A DNA stretch of 64,000 bases from an uncultured Balneolaceae bacterium (GCA_964440655.1 CAYTTA010000004.1:30700-94699), one strand, 5' to 3'; positions 8,787-18,542 are shown, counted from the first letter of the stretch. The notes: generated by a model from the sequence alone, not told the origin. Numbers and translations are program-made.

Positions 8787-9638
8787 TCACTCGCCGAGTA
8801 TCTCCCGCACAAAACCGGGAAGTGCAAAGGCCCCCTGGTGAACAGCACTATTGTAGTACCGGAGTCCCTCCAGGCGTGCCCCCCCCTCCTTCACCCTCTT
8901 CAGTACAGACTTGTCGAGGGGCCCCTCTCCTTTCGAAGCGATCATCATCGACCACATGCCACCCGGATAGAGTGGAATGTAACTGAGATACATCTCTGTA
9001 TGCCGGAAGAGCCCCTTCAGGGTCTGCCAGGTATCCCGGATCCCCTTGTGGTAGGACTCCACCCACGGACTTTCCGTCTGGGCTGCAAGCACTCCATTGT
9101 CTACCAATGCATTACGGCAATCTTCATAAAAAGATCTGCTGAAAAGACCCTCCGCGGGTCCGACCGGATCCGACCCGTCCACGATTATCACATCGTAGGG
9201 GTCGGTCACATTTTTGACAAATGCGATCCCGTCCTCACACAGAACACGCAGTTTCGGATTCTCAAAATCGCCAACCTGCGGCAGATACTCCCGGGATGCA
9301 TCGATGACCACCTTGTCAATTTCAACCAGATCGACCTGTTCGACAGTTGGATGTTTCATCACCTCGCGGGCAGTCCCCCCGTCACCCCCGCCGATAATGA
9401 GAACGCGGCGGGGTGCAGGGTGTACGAACAGAGCGGGATGGCTGAGCATCTCATGGTAGACAAATTCATCTTTTTCCGAGAGCATTACCATGCCGTCGAT
9501 GGTGAGAAGATTTCCCCAGGTATCGGTCTCAAAGACCTCAACCCGCTGATAATCGCTCTGTCGGGAGAATAGAATCCGTCTGATTCCGACCGTCAGGCCG
9601 GTTTTCCCGTGATAGAACTCCTGATACTGGATAGGCAT
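8787..9638 (-). CDS. speE: spermidine synthase / polyamine aminopropyltransferase
   Basis: SpeE motifs: QRVEVFET..GNLLTIDG, VLIIGGGDGGTAREV and DVIIVDGSDPVGPAEGLF. The start was moved to ATG 9638 (MPIQYQEFYH...) because the longer ORF would overlap pdaD. Confidence 0.9.
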   Translation of the reverse strand: MPIQYQEFYHGKTGLTVGIRRILFSRQSDYQRVEVFETDTWGNLLTIDGMVMLSEKDEFVYHEMLSHPALFVHPAPRRVLIIGGGDGGTAREVMKHPTVEQVDLVEIDKVVIDASREYLPQVGDFENPKLRVLCEDGIAFVKNVTDPYDVIIVDGSDPVGPAEGLFSRSFYEDCRNALVDNGVLAAQTESPWVESYHKGIRDTWQTLKGLFRHTEMYLSYIPLYPGGMWSMMIASKGEGPLDKSVLKRVKEGGARLEGLRYYNSAVHQGAFALPGFVREILGE

Positions 9639-9651
9639 GATGATCTGTCGT

Positions 9652-10134
9652 TTATCCCTCTCTGTACCAAAGGACCACGGCCGCGAATGTGGAACCGCAT
9701 TTCTCCACAGTGTGCTCGGCTCCAACCGTTTTGATCTCCCGCAGTTTCCGGCCGCGATAGGAAAAAGCGTCCCGAACCATCTGTTCGACAGCCGCTTTCA
9801 CTTCGGCCAGAGGCGCTGTATCGGAGTGCTCCATGATCACGCCCGGCTCCGTGTCATCCTCCGGGATGCCAGCGGCAACAGCCGAGGAGATGATCTGACC
9901 CGGTGTGGACTCCACGATGTTCGCGTAGGCGAGTGGGATGAGTCCCCCTTTCGGAAGATTCATGCTCTCGATCTCCACCTGTCCGGCCGACGGTGGCAAG
10001 ATACTGCTCATTCTCATCAGGTTGGTGTCACCCACCCCGGCTTCAAGAAGTGCGTTGTCGAATGCATTCAGTGGGGAATTCCCTTCTGCCGCGCCTGTAA
10101 CGAGGGCATAGATATCAGGTGTTTTAACCATCAT
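9652..10134 (-). CDS. pdaD: pyruvoyl-dependent arginine decarboxylase
   Basis: 160 aa. The pattern GAAEGNSPLNAFDNALLEAGVGDTNLMRMSSILPP contains the characteristic Ser-Ser self-cleavage region. Confidence 0.85.
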   Translation of the reverse strand: MMVKTPDIYALVTGAAEGNSPLNAFDNALLEAGVGDTNLMRMSSILPPSAGQVEIESMNLPKGGLIPLAYANIVESTPGQIISSAVAAGIPEDDTEPGVIMEHSDTAPLAEVKAAVEQMVRDAFSYRGRKLREIKTVGAEHTVEKCGSTFAAVVLWYREG

Positions 10135-10171
10135 CTGATAAAACCTAAGTCTGTGAAATTAATAAATAAAG

Positions 10172-10585
10172 TCAGTTCTCCCGGACGGTGGGTTCCGGTT
10201 TGAAACGCAGTTTTTCGCCTGCCGGAACCTTGAATACTCCCCGCTTCATCTCCATGCTGGAGACATTGGCCGATTCAAAGTTCTCCTTAAGCCTCTCTTG
10301 AATGATCCAGGGATCGATGGTCTCCCCGCAGGTAAAGATGTCAACGGCAGCGTACCGGTACTCAGGCCAGGTATGGATGGCGACGTGAGATTCGGCAATA
10401 ACAACCACACCGCTTACCCCGAATGGACTGAAAGTGTGGAAATTGTGAGAAATGATTGTTGCCCGGGCCTCTCTGGTTGCTCCGAGAACCGCCTGTTCAA
10501 TGAAGTGGGCGTCGTTTAGTCTGGCCTCGTTGCAGTCATAAAATTCAACAAGAATCTGCCGGCCGAGTGCTTCCATCTTTACCAT
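10172..10585 (-). CDS. speH: S-adenosylmethionine decarboxylase proenzyme (small bacterial/archaeal type)
   Basis: 137 aa: LGRQILVEFYDC..., the VVVIAESHVAIHTWPE self-processing ES site, and AAVDIFTCG. Confidence 0.85.
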   Translation of the reverse strand: MVKMEALGRQILVEFYDCNEARLNDAHFIEQAVLGATREARATIISHNFHTFSPFGVSGVVVIAESHVAIHTWPEYRYAAVDIFTCGETIDPWIIQERLKENFESANVSSMEMKRGVFKVPAGEKLRFKPEPTVREN

Positions 10586-10834
10586 TCCAGCTCTTTCCTC
10601 TACAGTTATTGGGAATCATGACGTTTGGGGTGTTTGGTTATTTAATCTGCTACGCTCTCCGGAGGCCGGATATTGCTTCGGTCAGAAAGGTTTTCGACCG
10701 GTTGACAAGCAGAAAAATAAATTACACAGAATTTGCATTGGAATGATACACCCCGGTAAAAAAATTTTCACCCGAAAAAAGGATACTCTGTCAGGGTTCC
10801 GCTCTCGGGGTCTGCGGTCAGGGTTCCACATCAG

Positions 10835-10873
10835 AGTCTGAGGTCAAAGTCTGCAGTCAGAGTCTGAGGTCCA
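10835..10873. repeat. three tandem 13-nt repeats (AGTCTGAGGTCAA / AGTCTGCAGTCAG / AGTCTGAGGTCCA)
   Basis: Read directly from the sequence. A degenerate fourth copy (GGTCTGCGGTCAG) lies at 10809-10821, and the 10-mer TCAGGGTTCC is repeated at 10791 and 10818. Confidence 0.9.
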
Positions 10874-11115
10874 CGACCGGGCCGTCATGGGCAGAGTGAA
10901 AGAGTTGAGAGAGCGAATTTTGAATGAAGAAGAATCAGCGATCGGACCGAATGAAAGAATAAAGACCAGGTGACTGAGAAGTGACTTGGAAGTGACTGAA
11001 CTGAGAAGTGGCGGGACGGGGAAGTGATGGGGTGATACAAGGCACGTTTTTGAAGAGCATCCCCCGACATTATCCGAATCAGACAGGAAACACCCGTCCC
11101 GGCAATCCGGTTGGA

Positions 11116-11361
11116 TCAGGAGTGTGTCTCCCGCTCCAACCGTTCTGCCAGTCTTTGCTCAAATCCATGGGACACAGTGTATTTGGGAAGGGATTTGAGC
11201 TTCAGTCGAATATTTCGGTTGATCCTGGCCATCATGGAATATTCCGGCCTTACCTTCAGGAGCATCTCAAATTTTACGACATCCCGGATGCCCATTCTCT
11301 CGTCTGAATATTTCAGGATCATCTCATTGATCGACTCCTCGGAAAACAGATCATCGTGCAT
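11116..11361 (-). CDS. hypothetical protein, possible anti-sigma factor (by position only)
   Basis: 81-aa ORF 57 nt downstream of the ECF sigma gene on the same strand. It has no TM segment and no recognised motif. Confidence 0.4.
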   Translation of the reverse strand: MHDDLFSEESINEMILKYSDERMGIRDVVKFEMLLKVRPEYSMMARINRNIRLKLKSLPKYTVSHGFEQRLAERLERETHS

Positions 11362-11418
11362 GGGTATGGTGAGAATCCAATCATCATTGATTACACAGGT
11401 TTCATAACCTGTACTATC

Positions 11419-12057
11419 TCATAATACCGCTGCACGTTCATTTTGTTTCCCTGCCGTCGTCGCGTTCATGTAGCCGTCAAGGATGGTCTGGAGCTGAAGG
11501 CGGCCCCTGTTGATCCGCGACTTGACGGTTCCCATTGCCGTATCGGTGATTTCGGCAATCTCTTCGTAGGTCAGCTCCTGGATATCACGAAGAACAATCG
11601 CTTCGCGGAACTCCTCGTTCAGCTCCATGAGCGCCTTCTCAAGCTGCTGGATGCAAAGTTTCTGATGAAGCTCCTCATCCTGGAGGATGTTTCCATCCTC
11701 GAAATCCATTTCTCGGGATTCGGAATCCCCGGCATCCTCATGGATGGAGATTTTCTGCATCCGCTGTTTCTTTTTATAGAGACTCTTGGCCAGATTCAGG
11801 GCGATGGTATACATCCAGGTGGAGAACTTTGCGATCCGCTCGTAGGAGTGACGGCTGCGATGAACCCGAAGAAAGGTCTCCTGAACCAGATCCTCACAAT
11901 CCTCATGATTGTGTGTATAGCGATAGAGAAAGTTGTGGAGTCTGTTTTTGTACCTGGAAACCAGAATGTTGAAAGCCTGAACGGTTCCCTGCTGGAACTG
12001 TTCCATAAGGTCCTCGTCGTTCAGATGGTACAACTTTGCACTCGAAATGACTTTCAT
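11419..12057 (-). CDS. ECF-type RNA polymerase sigma-70 family factor
   Basis: 212 aa. Region 2 reads DCEDLVQETFLRVHRS...FSTWMYTIALNLAKS, and region 4 reads LRDIQELTYEEIAEITDTAMGTVKSRINRGR. Confidence 0.85.
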   Translation of the reverse strand: MKVISSAKLYHLNDEDLMEQFQQGTVQAFNILVSRYKNRLHNFLYRYTHNHEDCEDLVQETFLRVHRSRHSYERIAKFSTWMYTIALNLAKSLYKKKQRMQKISIHEDAGDSESREMDFEDGNILQDEELHQKLCIQQLEKALMELNEEFREAIVLRDIQELTYEEIAEITDTAMGTVKSRINRGRLQLQTILDGYMNATTAGKQNERAAVL

Positions 12058-12114
12058 TGCTTCTCCTGTCAGATGTTGATGATTGCGTGCCGGTCAGCCC
12101 GGCTGCATTGCCGT

Positions 12115-13170
12115 CTAACCGGCGATGCGTCTGATCAACAGGAGAAATACGGTGGGGATATCGAGTGTGCTGTAGCCTTTGGCTGCCATGTCGGCATCCA
12201 GAAGGGCTTCAAAAATCTGAGGAATCTCTGCCAGATGAAACCGGGATGCGTCTTTCCAGATCTGATCAAAATACCAGCTGCTGGAAATTCCCATCTCCTG
12301 CTGAATCCGGGTTTTGCTCATCCCTTTTTCAGCGAGGCGGCGAACCTGCCAGATGTTGCCAAACACACTGTAAAAGAATCCCACGGTCCGAATTACTTCT
12401 CCCGCGTCTGATCTTGTTTTAAGCAACATCTGTTCCACGATGGCCATCGCGCGCTCACGATCCCGCCGCATGACCGCTTCTTTGAGCTCAATCGTCGAAT
12501 ATTCGCGATATGAGCCGGTAACCTTCACCACATCCTCTGCGGTGACCCTCTCCCGGGTGTCCACAAAAGTGCACACCTTATCTATTTCTGTAGACAGTAG
12601 CTGAAGGTTGTTGCCGACCAGCTGGCCCAGTATCTGGGCGCCGTTCGGCTCGATCGACTTGCCGTAATGCTGTTCAGCCCACTGGCTGATCCAGTCCGGG
12701 ATTCTCTCTTCCCTGAGCCGCGGAAAGGAGCGTGACCAGAGGTGCTCCGATCTTGCCGTGAGGGCTTTGCCCAGGGCGGTTCTCTTGTCTATCGGTTTCT
12801 CGTCGATCAGAAGGAGAATGGTGGATGGATTGGGCTGCTTCAGGTAGGAAAGCAGATCGGCAGGCTCTCCTCCTCCGTCCGCTCCGCGACGCAGCTTTCG
12901 AAAATCGCGGACCACCACAATCCGCCGCTCGGACATCATGGGATAGCTGCGGGCAATCCGCAGGACATCATCCGGCGAGACTTCATCGGCGTAGAGCAGG
13001 TCCAGATTGAAATCTCTCATTTCGGGAGGCAGCAGGCGGATGATCTCCTCCTGAAGGAGATCCAGGAAGAAACTCTCCTCTCCGTGAAGATAGTAGACGG
13101 GCTTCCTCTGATTACTGCGGATGTTCTGCAGTGTCTCCCGGTAAGATTCTATGCTGCTCTTCTCTGCCAA
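12115..13170 (-). CDS. holA: DNA polymerase III subunit delta
   Basis: 351 aa with the PVYYLHGEESFFLD N-terminal motif and a length and helical C-terminal domain typical of HolA. Confidence 0.8.
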   Translation of the reverse strand: MAEKSSIESYRETLQNIRSNQRKPVYYLHGEESFFLDLLQEEIIRLLPPEMRDFNLDLLYADEVSPDDVLRIARSYPMMSERRIVVVRDFRKLRRGADGGGEPADLLSYLKQPNPSTILLLIDEKPIDKRTALGKALTARSEHLWSRSFPRLREERIPDWISQWAEQHYGKSIEPNGAQILGQLVGNNLQLLSTEIDKVCTFVDTRERVTAEDVVKVTGSYREYSTIELKEAVMRRDRERAMAIVEQMLLKTRSDAGEVIRTVGFFYSVFGNIWQVRRLAEKGMSKTRIQQEMGISSSWYFDQIWKDASRFHLAEIPQIFEALLDADMAAKGYSTLDIPTVFLLLIRRIAG

Positions 13171-13314
13171 CCGCGCAGTTAATTCATGAAAGCTTGTGAA
13201 ATCTCCTTGCCACCGCCTCGGCTGCCGTACGGCCGGCTCGCCACACTACCGTATCGCCAGTCCGAACCATCAAAACGAACAGAGACCTGACCGACGCCGC
13301 CGGTACCGCCTCCC

Positions 13315-14811
13315 CTAGGGAGTGAGTCGGCCAAGCATCCGTGGAAAAGGAACGGTTTCCCGTACATGGTGAAGTCCGCTTATCCAGGCTACGGCCCGCT
13401 CGAGACCCAGACCGAAACCGGAATGGGGAACGGTGCCGAATCGTCTCAGGTCAAGATACCACTCAAAAACCTCTTCCGGCAGTTTATGTTCCTCCAGCCT
13501 TTGACAAAGGACCTCCAGACTCTCCTCCCTCTGGCTCCCTCCGATGATCTCTCCGTACCCTTCCGGTGCGAGCAGGTCCATGGCCAGTGCCAGTTCCTCA
13601 TTCTCCGGATCCCGTTTCATGTAAAAAGCTTTGACACGGGCCGGATAGCGATGGACGAATACGGGGGCATCAAACTGCATCGTCAGAAGGGTTTCATCAC
13701 TTCCTCCGAAATCCTCTCCCCATTCAAAATCATGGACCGATCTTCTCCAGACGGGAATGTTCCGAAGGTCTTCCTCAATCTGGTCGAGCCGTGACTGAAT
13801 CTCCCGGCTCCTCTCGGCGATCTCTCCCTTTCGACCCTTTTTAGCCGAACCCTGCTCCCGTTTCAGTTCATCCAGCTCCGTGACCAGCGAATCCCGCTCC
13901 AGATGCCGCTCCTCCTCCATCCGGTCGAGTTGTTTCAGCGTCTTTTCCCCTTTTAGAATCTCGACGGCATCGCTGTAGGAGATGCGGTGAAATTCCCTCT
14001 CCACCGCCTCACGAAGGGGTGTGGTGTCCCTCTGCAGAATCTGCAGTTCGGTGCTGCGGTTTGCAAGGACCCGGCGGAGGATCGACTTGACCATCGCCTC
14101 GGCAAGGTCCATGTCCATCTTCAGATCGTAGAAGGCCATCTCCGGTTCCACCATCCAGAATTCAGCCAGGTGGCGGCGTGTCTTGCTCTTTTCAGCCCGG
14201 AAGGTGGGACCGAACGTGTAGACCTTCCCGTGTGCCATCGCCATCGCTTCGGCATAGAGCTGGCCCGACTGTGTCAGGTAAGCTTTCTCATCAAAAAAAT
14301 CGGTTTCGAAAAGAGTGGTGGTCCCTTCACTGGCATTGCCGGTAAAGATCGGGGCATCAAGCTGCAGAAATCCCTGCTCATGGAAAAAGGAGTGGATGGC
14401 AAAGACGATCTCACTCCGGATCCTCATGGCGGCCCACTGACGCCGGCTCCGCAGCCAGAGATGCCGGTTGTCCATCAGAAATTCCACCCCGTGTTCTTTG
14501 GGAGTGATGGGATAGTTTTCTGCAATTTGCAGGATCTTCAGACCGCTTGCATGAAGCTCCACCCCACCCTGACTCCGCTCATCCCGGACAACGGTACCGG
14601 TGATCTCCAGGGAGCTTTCCCGGGCGAGCTGCAGGGCTTCCTCCCAGATCAGATCGGAGACATCCTGCCTGGAGATGATGCACTGGCAGAATCCTGTTCC
14701 GTCCCTCAGTTCGATAAACTGCATCGATTTGCTGCTCCGATGATGGACAACCCATCCCCGAAGGGTTACCTCCTTGCCGGTAAAAGAATCGAGATGTTCA
14801 ATGGTAGTCAT
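13315..14811 (-). CDS. asnS: asparagine--tRNA ligase with an internal charged insertion
   Basis: 498 aa with an OB-fold N-terminus, class IIb motif 2 FRAEKSKTRRHLAEFWMVEPEMAF, and motif 3 GFGLGLERAVAWISGLHHVRETVPFPR. Confidence 0.9.
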   Translation of the reverse strand: MTTIEHLDSFTGKEVTLRGWVVHHRSSKSMQFIELRDGTGFCQCIISRQDVSDLIWEEALQLARESSLEITGTVVRDERSQGGVELHASGLKILQIAENYPITPKEHGVEFLMDNRHLWLRSRRQWAAMRIRSEIVFAIHSFFHEQGFLQLDAPIFTGNASEGTTTLFETDFFDEKAYLTQSGQLYAEAMAMAHGKVYTFGPTFRAEKSKTRRHLAEFWMVEPEMAFYDLKMDMDLAEAMVKSILRRVLANRSTELQILQRDTTPLREAVEREFHRISYSDAVEILKGEKTLKQLDRMEEERHLERDSLVTELDELKREQGSAKKGRKGEIAERSREIQSRLDQIEEDLRNIPVWRRSVHDFEWGEDFGGSDETLLTMQFDAPVFVHRYPARVKAFYMKRDPENEELALAMDLLAPEGYGEIIGGSQREESLEVLCQRLEEHKLPEEVFEWYLDLRRFGTVPHSGFGLGLERAVAWISGLHHVRETVPFPRMLGRLTP

Positions 14812-14835
14812 TGCAGCTCTTGATATTACATTAAA

Positions 14836-16176
14836 CTATCTTTCTGCAGAGGATTCCGTCTTTTCTCCCTCCGCCGTTTTATCTTCAGGTCTGGATCCCT
14901 CTGCTTCTGCAGCGGGGACCTCTCCGTTCTCCGGAAGAAGCAGCGCTTCGGAGAAGATCTCCTTATTGAAGAACTCACGGGAGAACTCCTGAATATCCCC
15001 GCTCGTCACCCGGTCGATGTTCTCAACCAGTTCGTCGAGAGAGACAAAACGGTCATAGTAGAGCTCACTCCGGGCCAGACGCGTCATCCGGTTGCTCATG
15101 CTCTCCTGAGAGAGCAGCAGTTTCCCCTTGAGCTGGGATTTTGCTTCGGACAGCTCTTTTTCAGGCACAGCTTCCTCGATCATCCGATCGAATTCGGCAA
15201 AGATCAGTTCACGGACATGATCCACATAGTTGCGGTCGGTTCCGATATAGACTCCGAACAGGCCCGAGTCGATGTAGGACTGATTGAACGTCCCGATCGA
15301 GTAGCAGTACCCATATTTCTCTCGAACATTCTGGTGCAGCCGTGAACTCATCCCTCCTCCAAGAACCGTATTTGCCAGGAGCAGGCGATAGCGATCATTG
15401 TGATCGTAATGGAGACCTCTCCGGCCGATAATCATGTGGGTCTGTTCGATCGGCTTTGTAACCACCAGTTTGTCCGGCTCGTAGGCAGGAAGGTGGTTGG
15501 TGGCCAAGCCTGACTCCCGCTCGGTGGCGGGACCGTTCAGCAGCTTTCCGGCCAGTTCCACGACCCGTTCGTGCTCTACATTTCCCGCCACGGAGACCAG
15601 TAGATTCCAGGGCTGATAGCGCTCCTCAATGTAGCGGAAGAGGTCTTCCCGGGTAAATGCATTGACCGTCTCCTCGTATCCGATAATGGGCCGGCCCAGG
15701 GGGTGTCCTTTGAAGACGTGCCCGCTGAAGGACTCGAAAAGGTAATCTTCGGGACTGTCGCGATACATCTTCATCTCCTCGATCACCACCTTTTTTTCTT
15801 TCTCCAGCTCCTCTTCGGGGAAGATGGAGTTCTGAACCATGTCGGAGAGAACCTCCAGTGCCCGCTCCAGCTCGCTGTCCAGGGAGCGGGTGTAGTAGCA
15901 GGTGTATTCGCTGGAGGTGAAGGCATTCATATAGCCGCCCACCGACTCCATGCTCAGGGCGATGTCGTACGCCGAGCGGGTTTCGGTCCCCTTGAAGAGC
16001 ATATGTTCCAGAAAATGGGTGATCCCCGCCTTCTCATCGGGTTCATTCCGACTTCCGGTTTTAACCCAGATACCGACCGAGACGCTTTTCACGCTGTCGA
16101 CCTGTTCGGTCACCACCTTCAGCCCATTGTCAAGTCGGGTTTTCTGTACCGTCTCCATCTCATTCCAGTTCTTCAT
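14836..16176 (-). CDS. M16 family (pitrilysin-like) zinc peptidase
   Basis: Inverted zincin motif HFLEHMLFKGT. The start was set at ATG 16176 (MKNWNEMETVQK...) because the longer ORF (to 16368) overlaps the pnp 3' end. Confidence 0.85.
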   Translation of the reverse strand: MKNWNEMETVQKTRLDNGLKVVTEQVDSVKSVSVGIWVKTGSRNEPDEKAGITHFLEHMLFKGTETRSAYDIALSMESVGGYMNAFTSSEYTCYYTRSLDSELERALEVLSDMVQNSIFPEEELEKEKKVVIEEMKMYRDSPEDYLFESFSGHVFKGHPLGRPIIGYEETVNAFTREDLFRYIEERYQPWNLLVSVAGNVEHERVVELAGKLLNGPATERESGLATNHLPAYEPDKLVVTKPIEQTHMIIGRRGLHYDHNDRYRLLLANTVLGGGMSSRLHQNVREKYGYCYSIGTFNQSYIDSGLFGVYIGTDRNYVDHVRELIFAEFDRMIEEAVPEKELSEAKSQLKGKLLLSQESMSNRMTRLARSELYYDRFVSLDELVENIDRVTSGDIQEFSREFFNKEIFSEALLLPENGEVPAAEAEGSRPEDKTAEGEKTESSAER

Positions 16177-16312
16177 GCCGATACGATTTTCTGTTGTCGC
16201 CGTTGTAATCGGTCCCTGACGGACCCGGTGAGTCTGTAGCCAAAAATGCCGTCTGATTAAAAAAAAAGCGCCATCCGGGGGGACAGCGCTTTCACAGGAT
16301 GGTTCTGCACGG

Positions 16313-18427
16313 TTACTCCCCCTCTTTGGGAAGCAGTGCCTTCCGGCTGAGCCGGAGTTTGTTGCCATGCTCGATCTTCAGGAGTTTCACCTCGATCTCG
16401 TCTCCCACAGAAAGCTCATCATTGATATCTTTCACGCGGGTGTGGTTCAGTTCCGAGATGTGCAGCAGACCCTCCCGGCCCGGAGCAATCTCTACAAAGG
16501 CACCGTACTCCTTGATCGCCTTCACCACTCCGTGATAGACACCCCCTTCATCGAGCTGTCCGGTAATCGCCTTGATCCGCTCCTCAGCCTTGCGGGCATT
16601 ATCCAGGTTTTCGGAGGAGATGGTGATGATTCCGTTCCCTTTCTCATCCTCCTCTACCAGGATCTCCGTACCGGTTTCCCTCTGCAGGGTTTGAATCACC
16701 TTCCCGCCCGGGCCGATTACGGCACCGATCATGTCGCCGTCAATCTGCATTTTGAGGAACTGGGGCGCATATCTGGAGAGCTCCTTGCGGGGTTCGGAGA
16801 TGGTTTTTGCCATCTCTTGCAGAATATGGAGGCGGCCTTCTCTCGCCTGCTCCACAGCCTGGGCAAGAATTTCGAGAGAGATGCCCTTCACCTTCATATC
16901 CATCTGGGTGGCAGTCAGCCCGTCGGCCGTACCGGCCATCTTAAAGTCCATGTCTCCCATAAAATCTTCTTCACCACGGATGTCCGAGAGTACAACATGG
17001 TTGTTCTCTTTGATCACGATTCCCATCGCGATTCCGGCTACCGGCTTGCGGAGCGGAACTCCGGCATCCATCAGTGCCATGGAACCCCCACAGACAGAAG
17101 CCATGGAGGAGGAGCCGTTGGACTCGAGAATATCGGAAATGACCCGGACCACGTAGCTGAACTCCTCGAATGTGGGCATCATCGGTTTGAGCGCCCGTTC
17201 GGCCAGTGCACCGTGACCGATCTCTCTCCGGCCGGGTCCGCGCAGGAATCCGGCTTCTCCCACGCTGAAGGGGGGGAAGTTGTAATGGAGCATGAACTGC
17301 TTGGGTTCCTCATGGAAGAGGGTATCGACATTCTGCTCATCGCGACGGGTTCCCAGTGTAACGGAAACCAGTGCCTGGGTTTCACCACGGGTGAAGATGG
17401 CCGATCCGTGTGTACGGGGCAGATACCCCACACGGGTCCAGATCTCCCGGATGTCGGTCGGGCCGCGGCCGTCGATCCGCCGTTTGTTCTCCAGAATCTG
17501 ATTGCGGACAGCCTCTTTCTCCAGATTGCTGATCAGGGAGCGTACCGTCAGCTCCTGCTCTTCAAACCCTTCCTCCTGTGAGATCTGCTCGATTACCTGG
17601 TTGCGGATCTCACTGATGCGGTCGCCGTAAGCCTCCTTGCCAAGTCCGGTGGAGACCACTTCGGAAATCGGTCCCTCTGCAAGTTCACGGACCCGGGCCT
17701 GCAGCGCTTCATCAACAGCCGGCGGAGTGAACGGACGCTTCTCCTTTCCGAACTCACGGCGGAGTTCTTCCTGAAAATCGCACAGTTTCTTGATCGCCTC
17801 ATGACCCGCACGGATGGCGTCCAGCATCTCCTGTTCGGAGATCTCCTGCATCTCTCCTTCAATCATCAGGACGCTGTCGGTGGTCCCGCCGATGATCATG
17901 TCGATGTCACTCTCTTTGAGCTCGGAGATGGTGGGGTTGATGACAAACTCCCCGTTAACACGACCGACCCGGACCTCGGCCATCGGGCCGTTGAAGGGAA
18001 TATCGGAGATATGGAGGGCAGCGGATGCCCCCACTCCGCCAAGCACATCCGCTTCGTTCTGCCGGTCGGCAGAGATGACCTGACAGATGATCTGGGTGTC
18101 ATTGTAATATCCTTCCGGAAAGAGGGGGCGCAGACTGCGGTCGATGAGCCGGCTCGCGAGCACTTCCAGTTCCGATGGACGCCCTTCCCTTTTCATGAAT
18201 CCGCCCGGGAAGCGCCCCACTGCGGAGAAGCTCTCTCGCAGATCGACGGTGAGCGGGAAAAAGTCCTGACCCGGTTTGGGTTCTTTGGAGCTCACTGCGG
18301 TGCAGAGCACCATCGTCTCCCCCATTCTGACGACAACGGCACCGTCTGCCTGCTTGGCGAGCCGGCCTGTTTCGATCGACAGGGTTTTACCGGGCGCAAA
18401 TTCAACACTTCTGAAATCTTCGTTCAT
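16313..18427 (-). CDS. pnp: polyribonucleotide nucleotidyltransferase (PNPase)
   Basis: 704 aa with two RNase PH domains, a KH domain (GAVIGPGGKVIQ) and a C-terminal S1 domain (GAFVEIAPGREGLLHISEL). Confidence 0.97.
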   Translation of the reverse strand: MNEDFRSVEFAPGKTLSIETGRLAKQADGAVVVRMGETMVLCTAVSSKEPKPGQDFFPLTVDLRESFSAVGRFPGGFMKREGRPSELEVLASRLIDRSLRPLFPEGYYNDTQIICQVISADRQNEADVLGGVGASAALHISDIPFNGPMAEVRVGRVNGEFVINPTISELKESDIDMIIGGTTDSVLMIEGEMQEISEQEMLDAIRAGHEAIKKLCDFQEELRREFGKEKRPFTPPAVDEALQARVRELAEGPISEVVSTGLGKEAYGDRISEIRNQVIEQISQEEGFEEQELTVRSLISNLEKEAVRNQILENKRRIDGRGPTDIREIWTRVGYLPRTHGSAIFTRGETQALVSVTLGTRRDEQNVDTLFHEEPKQFMLHYNFPPFSVGEAGFLRGPGRREIGHGALAERALKPMMPTFEEFSYVVRVISDILESNGSSSMASVCGGSMALMDAGVPLRKPVAGIAMGIVIKENNHVVLSDIRGEEDFMGDMDFKMAGTADGLTATQMDMKVKGISLEILAQAVEQAREGRLHILQEMAKTISEPRKELSRYAPQFLKMQIDGDMIGAVIGPGGKVIQTLQRETGTEILVEEDEKGNGIITISSENLDNARKAEERIKAITGQLDEGGVYHGVVKAIKEYGAFVEIAPGREGLLHISELNHTRVKDINDELSVGDEIEVKLLKIEHGNKLRLSRKALLPKEGE

Positions 18428-18542
18428 ACTGGTCTATAATGTTTGGTCCTGATTGGAATCTTCCCGGCCGTTTTACCGGGGCGGGTCCTCCTTCTCCGGG
18501 CGGATTGACCGGAGAGTGCCTCCTGGCAGAAGAACCCATATA

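Noticed and set aside
10785-11036. The short tandem repeats considered as a CRISPR array
   Set aside because: The units are 8-13 nt and directly abutting, with no spacers. No cas genes are present. This is a simple-sequence or operator-like repeat, not CRISPR.
13179-13367. 62-aa ORF in the holA-asnS spacer
   Set aside because: It overlaps the asnS 3' end, has a Gly/Arg-rich composition and matches no motif.
16177-16368. The N-terminal extension of the M16 peptidase ORF, along with similar long-ORF starts at 42329-42454, 28602-28898, 46228-46314, 9639-9725 and 53621-53716
   Set aside because: The extensions overlap the 3' ends of upstream genes or a terminator and carry no family sequence. 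Downstream ATG or GTG starts coincide with the family N-termini or signal peptides.
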